A stretch of 64,000 bases of DNA, from positions 87,830-151,829 of the forward strand of contig JAHFNT010000002.1 in the NCBI GenBank assembly GCA_023267195.1, in the 5' to 3' direction. The notes beneath the pieces were generated by a model. The model ran no database searches, had not been told where the DNA came from, and worked only from the letters and a program-made list of their open reading frames with translations. The translations under genes were made by a program, and so were the position numbers. Shown piece by piece: positions 39,602 through 49,373 of the stretch (positions are counted from its first letter, which is position 1; each line of letters opens with the position of its first letter). The stretch is from Candidatus Nomurabacteria bacterium (GTDB taxonomy: Bacteria > Patescibacteriota > Minisyncoccia > Phycocordibacterales > UBA9973).

Positions 39602-40411
39602 CTAATTCCCACTACACCCTGGATAATTGCCACAATAGTCTGGATCGGAAGGATCAAGAGAACAACTATTGCAGATATTGCCACCGCCTGTACCGCCTCC
39701 TCCCCCGCCAGTGGTAGTGGAAGAACTTGGAGGTGTAACTTGGGGCAGGATGGAAGTGTTGTTGATGCCGAAGGTAGCGCGCAGTATTCCTACCAATCCC
39801 CAAACAGACAGCATCACCGCGAAAGCTATAACTCCCCAGATCATGAATTGCTTGCCTTCGGATCTCTTCTCCTCTTCTCCGCCATTGATCAGAAAAAATT
39901 TTACTGTTCCCCAGATAAACATAACGAAAGCTATGGCAAAGAGAAGCGGAACTATAGAATCATTAATAATACTAGTTAGGTAACATAGAACATCCTGAAA
40001 CGTGGAAGAGCTGGTTATCCCAGAACAAGCGCTACTTGTCACTATGGGTTGAAGCTGAGGAGCAGTGGCTCCACCCAAATCAAAAGTATTAATTAAAATT
40101 TCAACAATCCCCCAGATACCGACGATGACAGTAAGACCGATAACCCCGAAAACCATTGTATCCCTGCCTTTTGTCTTGGCTTCTTCATCTCCACCGATGA
40201 CATATCGGATGACACCCCAAATGAAATAAGCGAGACCAAGGGCCACCAAGACAGGCACTACGGCCTTCAAGAGCTCCCCGATCTGACAGATTACCTTCCC
40301 TAGACCCGTCAAGGCATCACACGGCCCAGCCGCCCAAGCAATAAAAGGAAACAAAAAGAGCACAGGTATAATGAAACGAAACCTAGAAACAAATTTAAAT
40401 AAATTTTTCAT
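39602..40411 (-). CDS. tandem-duplicated (two-domain) 'pilin-like' protein, paralog 3, with Gly-run and Cys-rich C-terminal knob
   Basis: Two copies of the Cys-pair / helix / GGDEEAK or NGGEEEK loop / GxxGxxxxxGxWG unit. C-terminus is TTGGGGGGTGGGNICNSCSLDPSDPDYCGNYPGCSGN. Confidence 0.55.
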   Translation of the reverse strand: MKNLFKFVSRFRFIIPVLFLFPFIAWAAGPCDALTGLGKVICQIGELLKAVVPVLVALGLAYFIWGVIRYVIGGDEEAKTKGRDTMVFGVIGLTVIVGIWGIVEILINTFDLGGATAPQLQPIVTSSACSGITSSSTFQDVLCYLTSIINDSIVPLLFAIAFVMFIWGTVKFFLINGGEEEKRSEGKQFMIWGVIAFAVMLSVWGLVGILRATFGINNTSILPQVTPPSSSTTTGGGGGGTGGGNICNSCSLDPSDPDYCGNYPGCSGN

Positions 40412-40417
40412 AAATTT

Positions 40418-40798
40418 TTATTTTAACGCATTTACGGTGCTCTGGATCATCTCCGCAATAGCCCAAGAACCAAGCAGTATCCCAGCGCCGATTACTGTAT
40501 AAAGGAGGGCGTCCTTAGCCTTGGTAAGTTCTTCTTCCTTGCCTTGAGCTTTCACGAAAAGGAAACCGCAGTAAATAACAGCGAGCGCTATCAAGGGTAT
40601 GCCGACCTTAAGCGCGCCTTCTAAGATGACTTGAACAAGCCCTGGTATTGAGGTGATGTCCGGTATGGGGTTGCAGATTTTGCCGAGACAGGGATCAACA
40701 ACTGTTCCCCCTTGATCTGCAAATACAACAAAAACGGGCAGGAAAAAATAAAAACTACTTAAGATTAATTTCTGCCAATTTGTTTTTAAAAAATTCAT
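40418..40798 (-). CDS. small secreted 2-TM hairpin 'pilin-like' protein, paralog 2
   Basis: Signal peptide MNFLKTNWQKLILSSFYFFLPVFVVFA, Cys pair (DPCLGKICNP), GIPLIALAVIYCGFLFV - AQGKEEELTKAK - LLYTVIGAGILLGSWAIA. Start set at the internal ATG. Confidence 0.5.
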   Translation of the reverse strand: MNFLKTNWQKLILSSFYFFLPVFVVFADQGGTVVDPCLGKICNPIPDITSIPGLVQVILEGALKVGIPLIALAVIYCGFLFVKAQGKEEELTKAKDALLYTVIGAGILLGSWAIAEMIQSTVNALK

Positions 40799-40817
40799 TA
40801 CATTATTATACTCCATC

Positions 40818-41237
40818 TTAAAATCCAATCCAAGCCGCATCTTTATAACCTAAAATTACTAAGATCGTTTTGATGATAAGCCAAGCGGCCAGGGCGATGA
40901 TCAAACCTAGCGCCGCGTTGGTAAAAATATTTTTGGCTTCCGTCTTGGCACTAGCAGATTCTTCCCCAGCTGTCACCAATTTAAACCCCGCGTAAGCAAA
41001 CATGATGGCACAAATTGGCACTACCATGTATTTCAAAGTGAAAGTTATGAGGTTATTAACCAAAGCCAAAATCGCATTAAAATCGCAAGGCTGACCTTGT
41101 GAATTATCGCAGGGAACCAAGGGGTCCCCAAATGAATAAGCCGTGGTGAGCATCGGCAGAACTAGAATCATAAAAACAAACACTGAAACGATTAGGAACT
41201 TAGGAGTGCAAATTTGAAATTTATTTATTTTAGACAT
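40818..41237 (-). CDS. small secreted 2-TM hairpin 'pilin-like' protein, paralog 1
   Basis: Signal/TM, Cys pair (VPCDNSQGQPCDF), VVPICAIMFAYAGFKLV - AGEESASAKTEAK - FTNAALGLIIALAAWLII. Confidence 0.5.
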   Translation of the reverse strand: MSKINKFQICTPKFLIVSVFVFMILVLPMLTTAYSFGDPLVPCDNSQGQPCDFNAILALVNNLITFTLKYMVVPICAIMFAYAGFKLVTAGEESASAKTEAKNIFTNAALGLIIALAAWLIIKTILVILGYKDAAWIGF

Positions 41238-41242
41238 AAATA

Positions 41243-42532
41243 TTATCTGGATAATAAAAGATTCAGTTTGGAACTTGCGTCTTTGATGGCGTCCGAAGCA
41301 GAGAAATTATTGGAAAGTACTCCATTCACCATCCCGCTAAAAATACTATCAGTATCCCTAGAGGAAGGGTCAAGCCAGCTTCTAGCATAAAGAGCCGAAC
41401 TATAAAAAATAGGCGAAAAAGCATCCGCCGGTTTAGCGGCTAAGAGCTCTCGGCGAGCCGGGGCCACGCCCATAATAGAAGAAAAGCTCGAAGCAAAGCT
41501 AGAGGTTGATAGCAAGTTAGCTGCAGTAAAGGCCGTATTAAAATTCTTAGAAGAAGATAAAATAGCTATCCCCATCACCCGAGCGCCAGTTGATTTAAAA
41601 TTAGAATTTTTAATCTGCGGGATCGGCGCGACGAAAAAATTCTGATTTGGATTCCTGTTTACCAAAGATTGAAGTTCAGAAGCATAACCAAAATAAAAAG
41701 TTAAATCTTCTCTAGAAAAAGCGTCACTGGAATTCGGGAAAGATCTATTCCAAGAATACGCAGGGCTATTCGGATCCGCAAAATCCGTATAAAATTTTAA
41801 AATTGAAGCGAGGTTGTAATTGCCAATCGATGAATCCAAAGAGGAGTTAAAAATTCCATTGTTTTCCACCACGAGCGGATTGCCAGCTTGCATAAATAGG
41901 GTCGCGAGAATATCTTTCGCGTGAACCACGTTTGAAAAGTGCCCAAGCGCCACTGCTGGTTTGATTATTTTATTTGCATTATCTTTTTTAATGAGAGTGG
42001 GCACCATATTAGTAAGCTCATCCCAGGTCGCGGGAGGATAGACTACGCCATTTGCATCGAGGGCACTTCGGCTGTAATACATCATAAGCGGATCAATGGA
42101 CATAGGAAAGGCTAAAACTCCTTTGCTTGTCAAAAATACTTCCCCAGCTCCAGCAAAAATACTTTTGAAAGTAGAGAGCGGATAACTATTATAGGGAATG
42201 GTAAAGATTTTCTTGGCATAATGAAATACGAGATTATCCGGCAGGAAAAATAGATCCGGTCCCCTGCCTTCAGCTAAGGCCTCAAGCAGATCTTGATCAA
42301 AAGTACTGGCAGATTTCTCCACATAGTTCACTACGAATGTGGGATTGGCTTCGTTAAAATTCTTAAGCGCATTGCCCATTGCCGCAGCCGGAACAGTACC
42401 CCATAGCGTCACCGTGCCTAGGCCACCTGGCGCATCATTTTTGCCTAGCGGTATCGCACCGGAAAAAACCAAAACACCAAACACCGCGGCGACAATAAAT
42501 ACAGCTAAAATAATAATTTGAAAATTTTTCAT
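41243..42532 (-). CDS. extracellular solute-binding protein, family 1 (ABC-type SBP-like), orphan
   Basis: N-terminal anchor, then TVTLWG...ALKNFNEANPTFVVNYVEK...DLLEALAEGRGPDLFFLPDNLVFHYAKKIFTIPYN (SBP_bac_1 pattern). No permease or ATPase genes nearby. Confidence 0.65.
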   Translation of the reverse strand: MKNFQIIILAVFIVAAVFGVLVFSGAIPLGKNDAPGGLGTVTLWGTVPAAAMGNALKNFNEANPTFVVNYVEKSASTFDQDLLEALAEGRGPDLFFLPDNLVFHYAKKIFTIPYNSYPLSTFKSIFAGAGEVFLTSKGVLAFPMSIDPLMMYYSRSALDANGVVYPPATWDELTNMVPTLIKKDNANKIIKPAVALGHFSNVVHAKDILATLFMQAGNPLVVENNGIFNSSLDSSIGNYNLASILKFYTDFADPNSPAYSWNRSFPNSSDAFSREDLTFYFGYASELQSLVNRNPNQNFFVAPIPQIKNSNFKSTGARVMGIAILSSSKNFNTAFTAANLLSTSSFASSFSSIMGVAPARRELLAAKPADAFSPIFYSSALYARSWLDPSSRDTDSIFSGMVNGVLSNNFSASDAIKDASSKLNLLLSR

Positions 42533-42546
42533 CCTGTTGCTTAATT

Positions 42547-43068
42547 TTAATCCTTCATTAATATCATACCATAATGATGACTTCCCGCATCAATCTCTCG
42601 TTCCCAAGTAAAACCCTTTTTCTCAAACATTTCACGGGCTTTTTGCTTGGGCACAACTCTCATTCCGGTAATAGCAGACACTTCCGACCAATCAATCAAA
42701 AGCACCTTCCCCTTCGGCCTCAGGATTCTCTTCGTTTCTAAAATAAAATTTTCTCTATCTTCTACTTGGAAAAGTATATTGGAAGCAATCACCGCATCGA
42801 TAACGCTATCCCCTATTTTTGTTCCGCCTATTTTCTCCACATTGCCCCAAATTATTTCCACATTGCCGAGATGCGCTTCTTTTACTTTGCTTTGAATTGT
42901 GTCCAAAAAATCTTTCTGTAATTCAACTGCGTATACTTTGCCTCTCGGCACAATCTTTCCGAGCAGAACCGAATAGTATCCAGTGCCAGCACCCAAATCG
43001 GCGACAATACTGCCTTCTTGCAATCCAAGAGTTTTTAAATTTTTTAATGGATCGGTGAACACCCGCAT
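42547..43068 (-). CDS. class I SAM-dependent methyltransferase
   Basis: Motif I is VADLGAGTGYYSVLL. Post-I acidic residue in AVELQ. Motif II-like IDAVIASNILFQVED. Confidence 0.8.
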   Translation of the reverse strand: MRVFTDPLKNLKTLGLQEGSIVADLGAGTGYYSVLLGKIVPRGKVYAVELQKDFLDTIQSKVKEAHLGNVEIIWGNVEKIGGTKIGDSVIDAVIASNILFQVEDRENFILETKRILRPKGKVLLIDWSEVSAITGMRVVPKQKAREMFEKKGFTWEREIDAGSHHYGMILMKD

Positions 43069-43084
43069 ATTATAATATAAATTT

Positions 43085-43111
43085 AAAAATCCCGCACTAT
43101 GCGGGATTTTT
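43085..43111 (-). terminator. rho-independent terminator separating the Ig-like protein gene from the methyltransferase-SBP-pilin-like operon
   Basis: aaaaatcccgca-cta-tgcgggattttt is a perfect 12-bp stem with flanking A/T runs (bidirectional). Confidence 0.65.
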
Positions 43112-43126
43112 AAACCTTTTTTTGAA

Positions 43127-44047
43127 TTAGAAATTATCCAACCCTTGGGGCTCTGTGGATGTGGTTCCGCAAAGTTTTACATCAGTTTTCCATTTTGACC
43201 AGGCATCTTTTACCGAAACTAAACGTACACCACGAGCTGTATTTTGTGCTGTTTTAAAATTAGTCCAAGCAGTATTTATCGCCTTATTTCTTTCAGAAAC
43301 AACAGTTTTATCCCAAGCTTCTAGTAGAGCTGCTTTTCTTGTTTGTAAAGATGCCGCTACTGAGTTGGTAAACGTAGACACACTGGCAGCTACCGTTTGT
43401 TCTCTTAGAGAAAGAGCGTCTTTTACACAAGCGATATTGACATTAACAACAATTGGAATATTAACTTTAAATTTACCATAACTTACCGTTACCCTTTTAT
43501 CAGTCGATTTAATATCACCTCCATCTTTTATGGTCGTGGTAAATCCTAAACTTTCAAAAACGGCCTGTGTGCTAAAAACAACGTCTTCCCTTGTTCCATC
43601 CGATTTAATTAATGTTACAATCAAACCAGCTAAATTTAATTTCTCCCCAAAAGTATAGGTGGTTTTATAAGGTTGTTGTTTTACTTCAAATTTTACCGGT
43701 CTAGTTACGGTAATAGCTTGACTCACTGTTTTGCCCCCTACTCTTATCACAACTTTATTACCAGTAAATAGACTGGTCCCATTTGCGGGACTTGTGGTAA
43801 TACCATTAGCACTAAAAGCACTAGTTGAAAAGATAACATCCCTATCAACAGAAATTCCATTACTTTTAGATGATATCGTTACCACTAATCCTGTCAAATC
43901 TAGCAACTCTCCTGCTTTATAATTAACTTTTACGGGTGGTGTCGTAACCTTGACACCGGTAATTATGGAAACATCTTGAGCATAAACCGAAGAACTAAAC
44001 GCAAACAAAATCATCAAAAATCCAAGAAACGATATTGCTTTTTTCAT
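43127..44047 (-). CDS. secreted protein with two bacterial Ig-like (Big_3-like) repeats and a C-terminal helical region
   Basis: Signal peptide MKKAISFLGFLMILFAFSSSVYA. Repeats KVNYKAGELLDLTGLVVTISSKSNG and KTTYTFGEKLNLAGLIVTLIKSDGT. Confidence 0.5.
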   Translation of the reverse strand: MKKAISFLGFLMILFAFSSSVYAQDVSIITGVKVTTPPVKVNYKAGELLDLTGLVVTISSKSNGISVDRDVIFSTSAFSANGITTSPANGTSLFTGNKVVIRVGGKTVSQAITVTRPVKFEVKQQPYKTTYTFGEKLNLAGLIVTLIKSDGTREDVVFSTQAVFESLGFTTTIKDGGDIKSTDKRVTVSYGKFKVNIPIVVNVNIACVKDALSLREQTVAASVSTFTNSVAASLQTRKAALLEAWDKTVVSERNKAINTAWTNFKTAQNTARGVRLVSVKDAWSKWKTDVKLCGTTSTEPQGLDNF

Positions 44048-44129
44048 TTTTTAATTAATTTAATTTATAAATTCAAACTTACCCATGTCGACCCTGTGCT
44101 TATATCTCATAATATAACATAAAAAATCA

Positions 44130-46592
44130 TTATATGCAGGCAAGCGAAGCAATTCCATCTCCAGAACGCAGGCGCATAACAGTAACACCTTGGGTCTGAC
44201 GACCAAGGCTAGAAATATCTTTGAGTGCAGTGCGAATGACTTGTCCCTTTTTAGACATGGCAATTAATTCATGTTCTTCGCCGGAGAGAACTTTTGCTAC
44301 AATCAATTTGCCAGTTTTAGGAGTTACTTTGGCAGTCTTTACACCTGAACCGCCACGCTTTTGAACTTTGTATTCTTTCAAATCAGTCTTTTTACCGAAA
44401 CCGTTCGCGCTCATGGTTAAGAAAAAGCCCTCTCTCTTTTCCTTCCTTACCACATCCACACTAATAACCTCGTCATTTTTACCTAATTTTATCCCAGTCA
44501 CACCTCCCGCCGTTCGGCCCATTTCTCGCACATCAGATTCTTTGAAGCGAATAGATTGGCCCTCGGCTGTCGCCATCATCACCTCATCACCCTTTTCTGT
44601 CACCAAAGCAGAGATGAGCTGATCGTCTTTATCCAGACGTATCGCAATAATGCCACTTCGGCGAACATCTTTAAAACTTTCGGACGCCATTTTTTTAGCA
44701 ACTCCATTTTTCGTCACAAGCATTAAAGAGGTTTTTTCCGCGCCAAGGTCTTTGGGCATCGCCAAAATTGAATTCACCTTTTCTTCTGAAGAAAGCGCCA
44801 GGAAATTCATGATAGATTTTCCCTTCGTAGCCCGGCGCCCTTCCGGAATGTCATACATTTTCATTTGATAAACTTTGCCCAAATTTGTGAAGAATAGAAG
44901 ATTGCTGTGGGTCGAACCAGACACCAGCATGGTGACAAAATCTTCTTCTTTGGTTTCAAGATCAATTACGCCTACTCCACCGCGTTTCTGTGCGCGGTAT
45001 TCAGAAGGATCCGTGCACTTTACATATCCACCGGCGGTGAGCACTAGCATTGTTTCTTTTTCCGGCACCAGATCTTCGTCGGAAATCTCTTTTACACCGC
45101 CTTTAACTATTTTGGTTCTTCGCTCATCAGCATATTTCTCTCGGATTTCTTTTAATTCTCCGGAGATTGTTTTTAAAATCTTCTTTGGGCTTGCGAGCAA
45201 ATCTTTCATGAGAGCGATAAATTCCTGTTTCTCGGCCAGTTCATCCTCCACAGCCTTCCTCTCCAAACCGGCAAGCTTAGAAAGCTTCATTTCCAAAATC
45301 GCCGTCGCCTGCAAATCTGAAAACTTAAATTCTTTTATCAAATTAACTTTTGCCACCTGAGAATCTTTGGACGCGCGAATGACACTAATGACTCGATCTA
45401 TTTTATCAAGCGCTTTCTTCAGACCAAGCAAGATATGCTCACGCTCTTCTGCTCTTCGTAAATCATAAGCACTTCGGCGCTTTACAATTTCCTTTCTGTG
45501 ATCAATGAAAAGCGCCAGAATGGATTTGAGCGAGAGGGTTTGTGGCACGCCGTCCACCAAGGCCACCATATTGAAATTGAAATTTGATTCGAGCTGGGTA
45601 TTTTTATAAATATAATTTAAAACTTTTTCCGGATGCGCGCTACTTTTGAGATCAATCACGATACGGATATCTTTCGTTGATTCATCACGAAGGCCTTTGA
45701 TACCCTCCAGCTTTTTTTCTTGCACTAATTCCGCAATACTGACTATTAAATTTGATTTATTTACTCTAAAAGGAAGCGAAGTAATAATAATGGAAAAATT
45801 ACCGTCTTTCTGCTCCACTATTTCCGCTTCGCCTCTGCACACCACTCCGCCCCGCCCCGAAGAATATGCATGAAGCATGTCTTTAGAGCCAAAAGCGATT
45901 CCGCCAGTCGGGAAATCCGGACCCTTGATAAATTGCATCAGATCTTCTGTGGTCGCTTCCTCATTTTCAATCAAATAATTTGTGGCATCGAGCACTTCTC
46001 CAATATTGTGTGAAGGAATATTCGTCGCCATACCGACAGCGATACCAAGCGTACCATTTAAAAGAAGCGCTGGAACCGAAGAAGGAAAGACGATTGGTTC
46101 TTTTCTGGTCTGGTCATAGTTGGGACGAAAATCAACTGTTTCTTTTTCTAAATCCCTCAAAAGCTCGGAAGAAATCTTAGACATTTTCGCTTCGGTATAA
46201 CGCATGGCCGCGGCATTGTCCCCATCTATCGAACCGAAGTTTCCCTGACCCAAGACCAACGGATAACGATAGGAGAATTCTTGCGCCATGCCCACCATTG
46301 AATCATACACAGCCGTATCTCCATGGGGATGATACTTACCGAGCACGTCTCCGACTACTGCCGCAGATTTACGGAAGCGTGCTGAAGATGTTAATCCCAT
46401 TTCATGCATTGCGAAAAGAATCCTACGATGCACCGGCTTGAGTCCGTCCCGCACATCCGGAAGTGCCCGCGAAGTAATGACAGACATCGCATACGCCAAA
46501 TATGACTCTTTCATTTCCGCCACTACATCAACTGGCAGAATAGTATCTGATCGCACCTCTTTATTTGATTCTTCTCCTTTATTCTTTGCCAT
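44130..46592 (-). CDS. gyrA: DNA gyrase subunit A
   Basis: [21 protein letters not shown], active-site YHPHGD, and C-terminal beta-pinwheel repeats. Confidence 0.96.
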   Translation of the reverse strand: MAKNKGEESNKEVRSDTILPVDVVAEMKESYLAYAMSVITSRALPDVRDGLKPVHRRILFAMHEMGLTSSARFRKSAAVVGDVLGKYHPHGDTAVYDSMVGMAQEFSYRYPLVLGQGNFGSIDGDNAAAMRYTEAKMSKISSELLRDLEKETVDFRPNYDQTRKEPIVFPSSVPALLLNGTLGIAVGMATNIPSHNIGEVLDATNYLIENEEATTEDLMQFIKGPDFPTGGIAFGSKDMLHAYSSGRGGVVCRGEAEIVEQKDGNFSIIITSLPFRVNKSNLIVSIAELVQEKKLEGIKGLRDESTKDIRIVIDLKSSAHPEKVLNYIYKNTQLESNFNFNMVALVDGVPQTLSLKSILALFIDHRKEIVKRRSAYDLRRAEEREHILLGLKKALDKIDRVISVIRASKDSQVAKVNLIKEFKFSDLQATAILEMKLSKLAGLERKAVEDELAEKQEFIALMKDLLASPKKILKTISGELKEIREKYADERRTKIVKGGVKEISDEDLVPEKETMLVLTAGGYVKCTDPSEYRAQKRGGVGVIDLETKEEDFVTMLVSGSTHSNLLFFTNLGKVYQMKMYDIPEGRRATKGKSIMNFLALSSEEKVNSILAMPKDLGAEKTSLMLVTKNGVAKKMASESFKDVRRSGIIAIRLDKDDQLISALVTEKGDEVMMATAEGQSIRFKESDVREMGRTAGGVTGIKLGKNDEVISVDVVRKEKREGFFLTMSANGFGKKTDLKEYKVQKRGGSGVKTAKVTPKTGKLIVAKVLSGEEHELIAMSKKGQVIRTALKDISSLGRQTQGVTVMRLRSGDGIASLACI

Positions 46593-46614
46593 AAAATGGA
46601 TCGCGGGCTCTAAA

Positions 46615-46842
46615 TTATTCTGTTATGCTGTTATATCCTCCCACTATATTTGCTTTTAACGCAGAAAGAGGTTCTAAATCTTCGTTTATTTTTGCTTGGG
46701 TTTTTGGGTCAGTGACATTTCTCCCCAGTGAATAAACCCACAATAAAGCCAAAATAATCCCGAGCACCATAGTCGAAACATGCAAGATATGCCTGCGTAC
46801 TCCTTCTGGCTGTCTTCTAATATGATGAATTATTTTTCGCAT
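46615..46842 (-). CDS. small hypothetical membrane protein
   Basis: 75 aa with one TM ([16 protein letters not shown]). Support is weak. Confidence 0.35.
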   Translation of the reverse strand: MRKIIHHIRRQPEGVRRHILHVSTMVLGIILALLWVYSLGRNVTDPKTQAKINEDLEPLSALKANIVGGYNSITE

Positions 46843-46871
46843 GTTATTTATTCTAACTTATTTTATAAATT

Positions 46872-47510
46872 TTAACTCGCCTGCAAAACCACCACCTCCC
46901 CTTCTTTATTGTCTAAGTCCTTTCTCTTTAAAGTAAGCTTATCAACTTTTTCCGCTTTTTCTTCACCCAACTCCTTTAAAAATAATTTAAGTGTGCCATC
47001 ATCATAATCCATTGGAATTATTAATTTGGGTTCAAGCGAGGAAGCGAGCTTGGCGGAAGCTTTGGCGTCAAGCATGTCTCCTTTTCCACCGACAGGAATG
47101 AAAAGAACATCGGGGGTATTGATGGCCTCGCGAGAATCTTTGGAAAGCTCGGGATCCGAAAGGGCTCCTAAAAAAGCAATATTAATGCTGTCCACTGAAA
47201 ACAAATAAATTGTATTGACGTATTTTTTATTGGCGATTAAAGAATTGGATAGTACTCCTTTAATAAAGATTTCTTTTATCTCATAATCTCCCGGCCCGGA
47301 AATAACAAAGGGCGCCCTCTCGCCATGAGACAACTGTTCAACCCCATTGTAGTCTGGATGATTGGTAGTGACCAAGGCAATATCCGCGCCAAAGTGCGCA
47401 GAGATGCCTGTTTTGGATTCTTTGCTGACAGGATTAAAAGCCAGAACCATTTCCCCTTGCCCAATCTTGAAAAATTGTTTGCCGAAATACGTGATGATCA
47501 TTAGTCTCAT
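46872..47510 (-). CDS. metallo-beta-lactamase-fold metal-dependent hydrolase (UPF0173-like)
   Basis: MRLMIITYFGKQFFKIGQGEMVLAFNP...HPDYNG...VLFIPVGG matches the MBL-fold pattern. Confidence 0.65.
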   Translation of the reverse strand: MRLMIITYFGKQFFKIGQGEMVLAFNPVSKESKTGISAHFGADIALVTTNHPDYNGVEQLSHGERAPFVISGPGDYEIKEIFIKGVLSNSLIANKKYVNTIYLFSVDSINIAFLGALSDPELSKDSREAINTPDVLFIPVGGKGDMLDAKASAKLASSLEPKLIIPMDYDDGTLKLFLKELGEEKAEKVDKLTLKRKDLDNKEGEVVVLQAS

Positions 47511-47596
47511 TATAGCAGAAAAGAGAAGAAAAAGGTAGTTTGAAAATTCAAAAATTGTTAGAATATTAAGTTCTATGTGTTAGAATAATAAATAAT

Positions 47597-49195
47597 ATGA
47601 GCATTTTTGAAAGATGGCAAACAGGTATAGAAACAAAAACAAGTGCTGAAAAATTACCAAAATATCTGTCTATGTATAAAATTCCCGGGCACGAACAGAT
47701 AACTTATCACTCTTTTGTCAGATACCAAAAAGATAAAAAGCAAGATAAAGCGATAAAGGAAGCGGCAGATTTTGCGGCGAATTATAAAAAAAGGATAAAA
47801 AACTCCTCTCCTGAAGATATGATTACATTGATCGAGCAGGGCCTCGCTGAAAATAATGTAAAAACGCAAATAATGTGCGTAGAAATGATTAGGTATGTTA
47901 AAGAGATTGGCAAAAGATTTTCTCTTATTGAAAAGGTAATTGACATCGACAATGAAGAGTTGCAAGCCGCCTGCGCAGAAGCTGTCAGATATGTTCCATT
48001 GGATAAAAGAGATATCTTGATTGAAAAAGGTTTAAACTCCAACAATGAGGAAATACAAGCAGTTTACGCGGAAATGATTAGGTGTGTTCAAGAAGGCAGA
48101 AGAGCTGCATTAATTGAAAAATGCTTAGACATCTGTGGTCTAAAAGCTAGGGTTGTCGCAGCCTTAATGATTTTTCAATATACTACACCAAAAAACCGTC
48201 CAATGCTTGAAGAAAAAGTAGCTGCATTAGTTAAAAATTATTTATCTAGCAATAATGCTAAATTGCAAATAGGTTGTATCAAGATGATATGGAACGCACC
48301 AAAAGATCAGATGTCCACACTAATTGAACAAGGTATTGATACCAACAATATTGAAGTTCAGGCAGCTTGCGCTGGTATGATTGAATATATTATAGAAACT
48401 AACGAAAGAAAAAAACTTAGGGCAAAAATATACAGTGTTATAGAACAGGGTTTTGAAACAAACGATCCAGAAAAACATCTGTTTTGCGCAGAAATGATTC
48501 GCAGTATACCGACAGATCAACAAAATTTGCTTGGAGACAAGTTGGCATCTTTAATAAAAAAAATACTTGAATCTGACAATAGTAATGAAATTAAAAAAGT
48601 GTACGCGGCTATGATCTGTTATGCATCAGAAAACAAAAAAGCAGACCTTTTTAAGCAAGCCTGGGGGAAACTAGGCAATACTTTAATAGAACCACCTTTG
48701 TATGAAAATATGGATATGTCCAAAAGAAAATTTTCAAGAATGGAATTTTCAAAAACCGGTTCAGAAACTACGTTAATTGGAGGCAAATTAAAAGATAAAA
48801 TAATAATTAGGCATATTACACCAGAATCTTTCTTGGCCTGGCAAAAATTATACGAGGATTATGAAATGTGGGCAAAAGCAGGCTTTGATTATGTGCCCAT
48901 AGAACCAATACAGTCGTTTAAGTTAAATGGAAATGGTCTAGTCGATGTGTATAGTGGTGTTTTAGATTTGAATTTGGATGATTGGAAAAAATATATAGGA
49001 GGATATGACCGAGCTTTAGATGGTGTTAAAGAGCGCATAAAAGGTATTTTAATAGAAAGAGGAATAATTCATGGGCATGATTATCATGACGGAAATTTCT
49101 GCCTACGTTTTTTTAGAGACAAAAATGGCAATATAGATTTTAGTAAAAAACCACGTGTTTATATTATTGATTTTGACATGGCCACAATCATGTAG
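47597..49195 (+). CDS. fusion protein: N-terminal HEAT/PBS-lyase-like repeats plus C-terminal divergent RIO/Kdo-like protein-kinase-fold domain
   Basis: About 8 repeats of LIEQGL..NN.E.Q..C.EMIRYV with about 36-aa period. C-terminal IIHGHDYHDGNFCLRF...VYIIDFDMA resembles the RIO/Kdo-kinase catalytic and metal-binding loops (LVHGDLSEYN...IIDFPQ), with a non-canonical catalytic loop. Confidence 0.5.
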   Translation: MSIFERWQTGIETKTSAEKLPKYLSMYKIPGHEQITYHSFVRYQKDKKQDKAIKEAADFAANYKKRIKNSSPEDMITLIEQGLAENNVKTQIMCVEMIRYVKEIGKRFSLIEKVIDIDNEELQAACAEAVRYVPLDKRDILIEKGLNSNNEEIQAVYAEMIRCVQEGRRAALIEKCLDICGLKARVVAALMIFQYTTPKNRPMLEEKVAALVKNYLSSNNAKLQIGCIKMIWNAPKDQMSTLIEQGIDTNNIEVQAACAGMIEYIIETNERKKLRAKIYSVIEQGFETNDPEKHLFCAEMIRSIPTDQQNLLGDKLASLIKKILESDNSNEIKKVYAAMICYASENKKADLFKQAWGKLGNTLIEPPLYENMDMSKRKFSRMEFSKTGSETTLIGGKLKDKIIIRHITPESFLAWQKLYEDYEMWAKAGFDYVPIEPIQSFKLNGNGLVDVYSGVLDLNLDDWKKYIGGYDRALDGVKERIKGILIERGIIHGHDYHDGNFCLRFFRDKNGNIDFSKKPRVYIIDFDMATIM

Positions 49196-49253
49196 AAAAA
49201 TACCATAACCCAGGGCTTGCGTTTTTGTAGTTTTATAGTAGTATGAATTTACT

Positions 49254-49372
49254 CCGACGGAAAGTCGTAGAACCGACCACAGCGTCGGCTTTAAAAGCAG
49301 GATTTGGGGTAACCATCCGACCCAGGTCGGATAACCTAGACCTTATATCCGCTTTGCGCGGATTTTTAATTT
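49254..49372 (+). promoter_or_regulatory. GC-rich structured leader upstream of rpsA (three hairpins incl. CCGAC-CCAG-GTCGG and atccgc-tttgc-gcggat+T-run ending 11 nt before the ATG)
   Basis: Seen in sequence. Candidate attenuator or autoregulatory element, or terminator of the upstream gene. Confidence 0.35.
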
Positions 49373-49373
49373 T

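Noticed and set aside
47654-48523. Antisense ORFs 47654-47965, 47782-48045 and 48320-48523 within the HEAT/kinase gene
   Set aside because: Low-complexity Ile/Phe/Leu-rich reverse-frame products, with no support.
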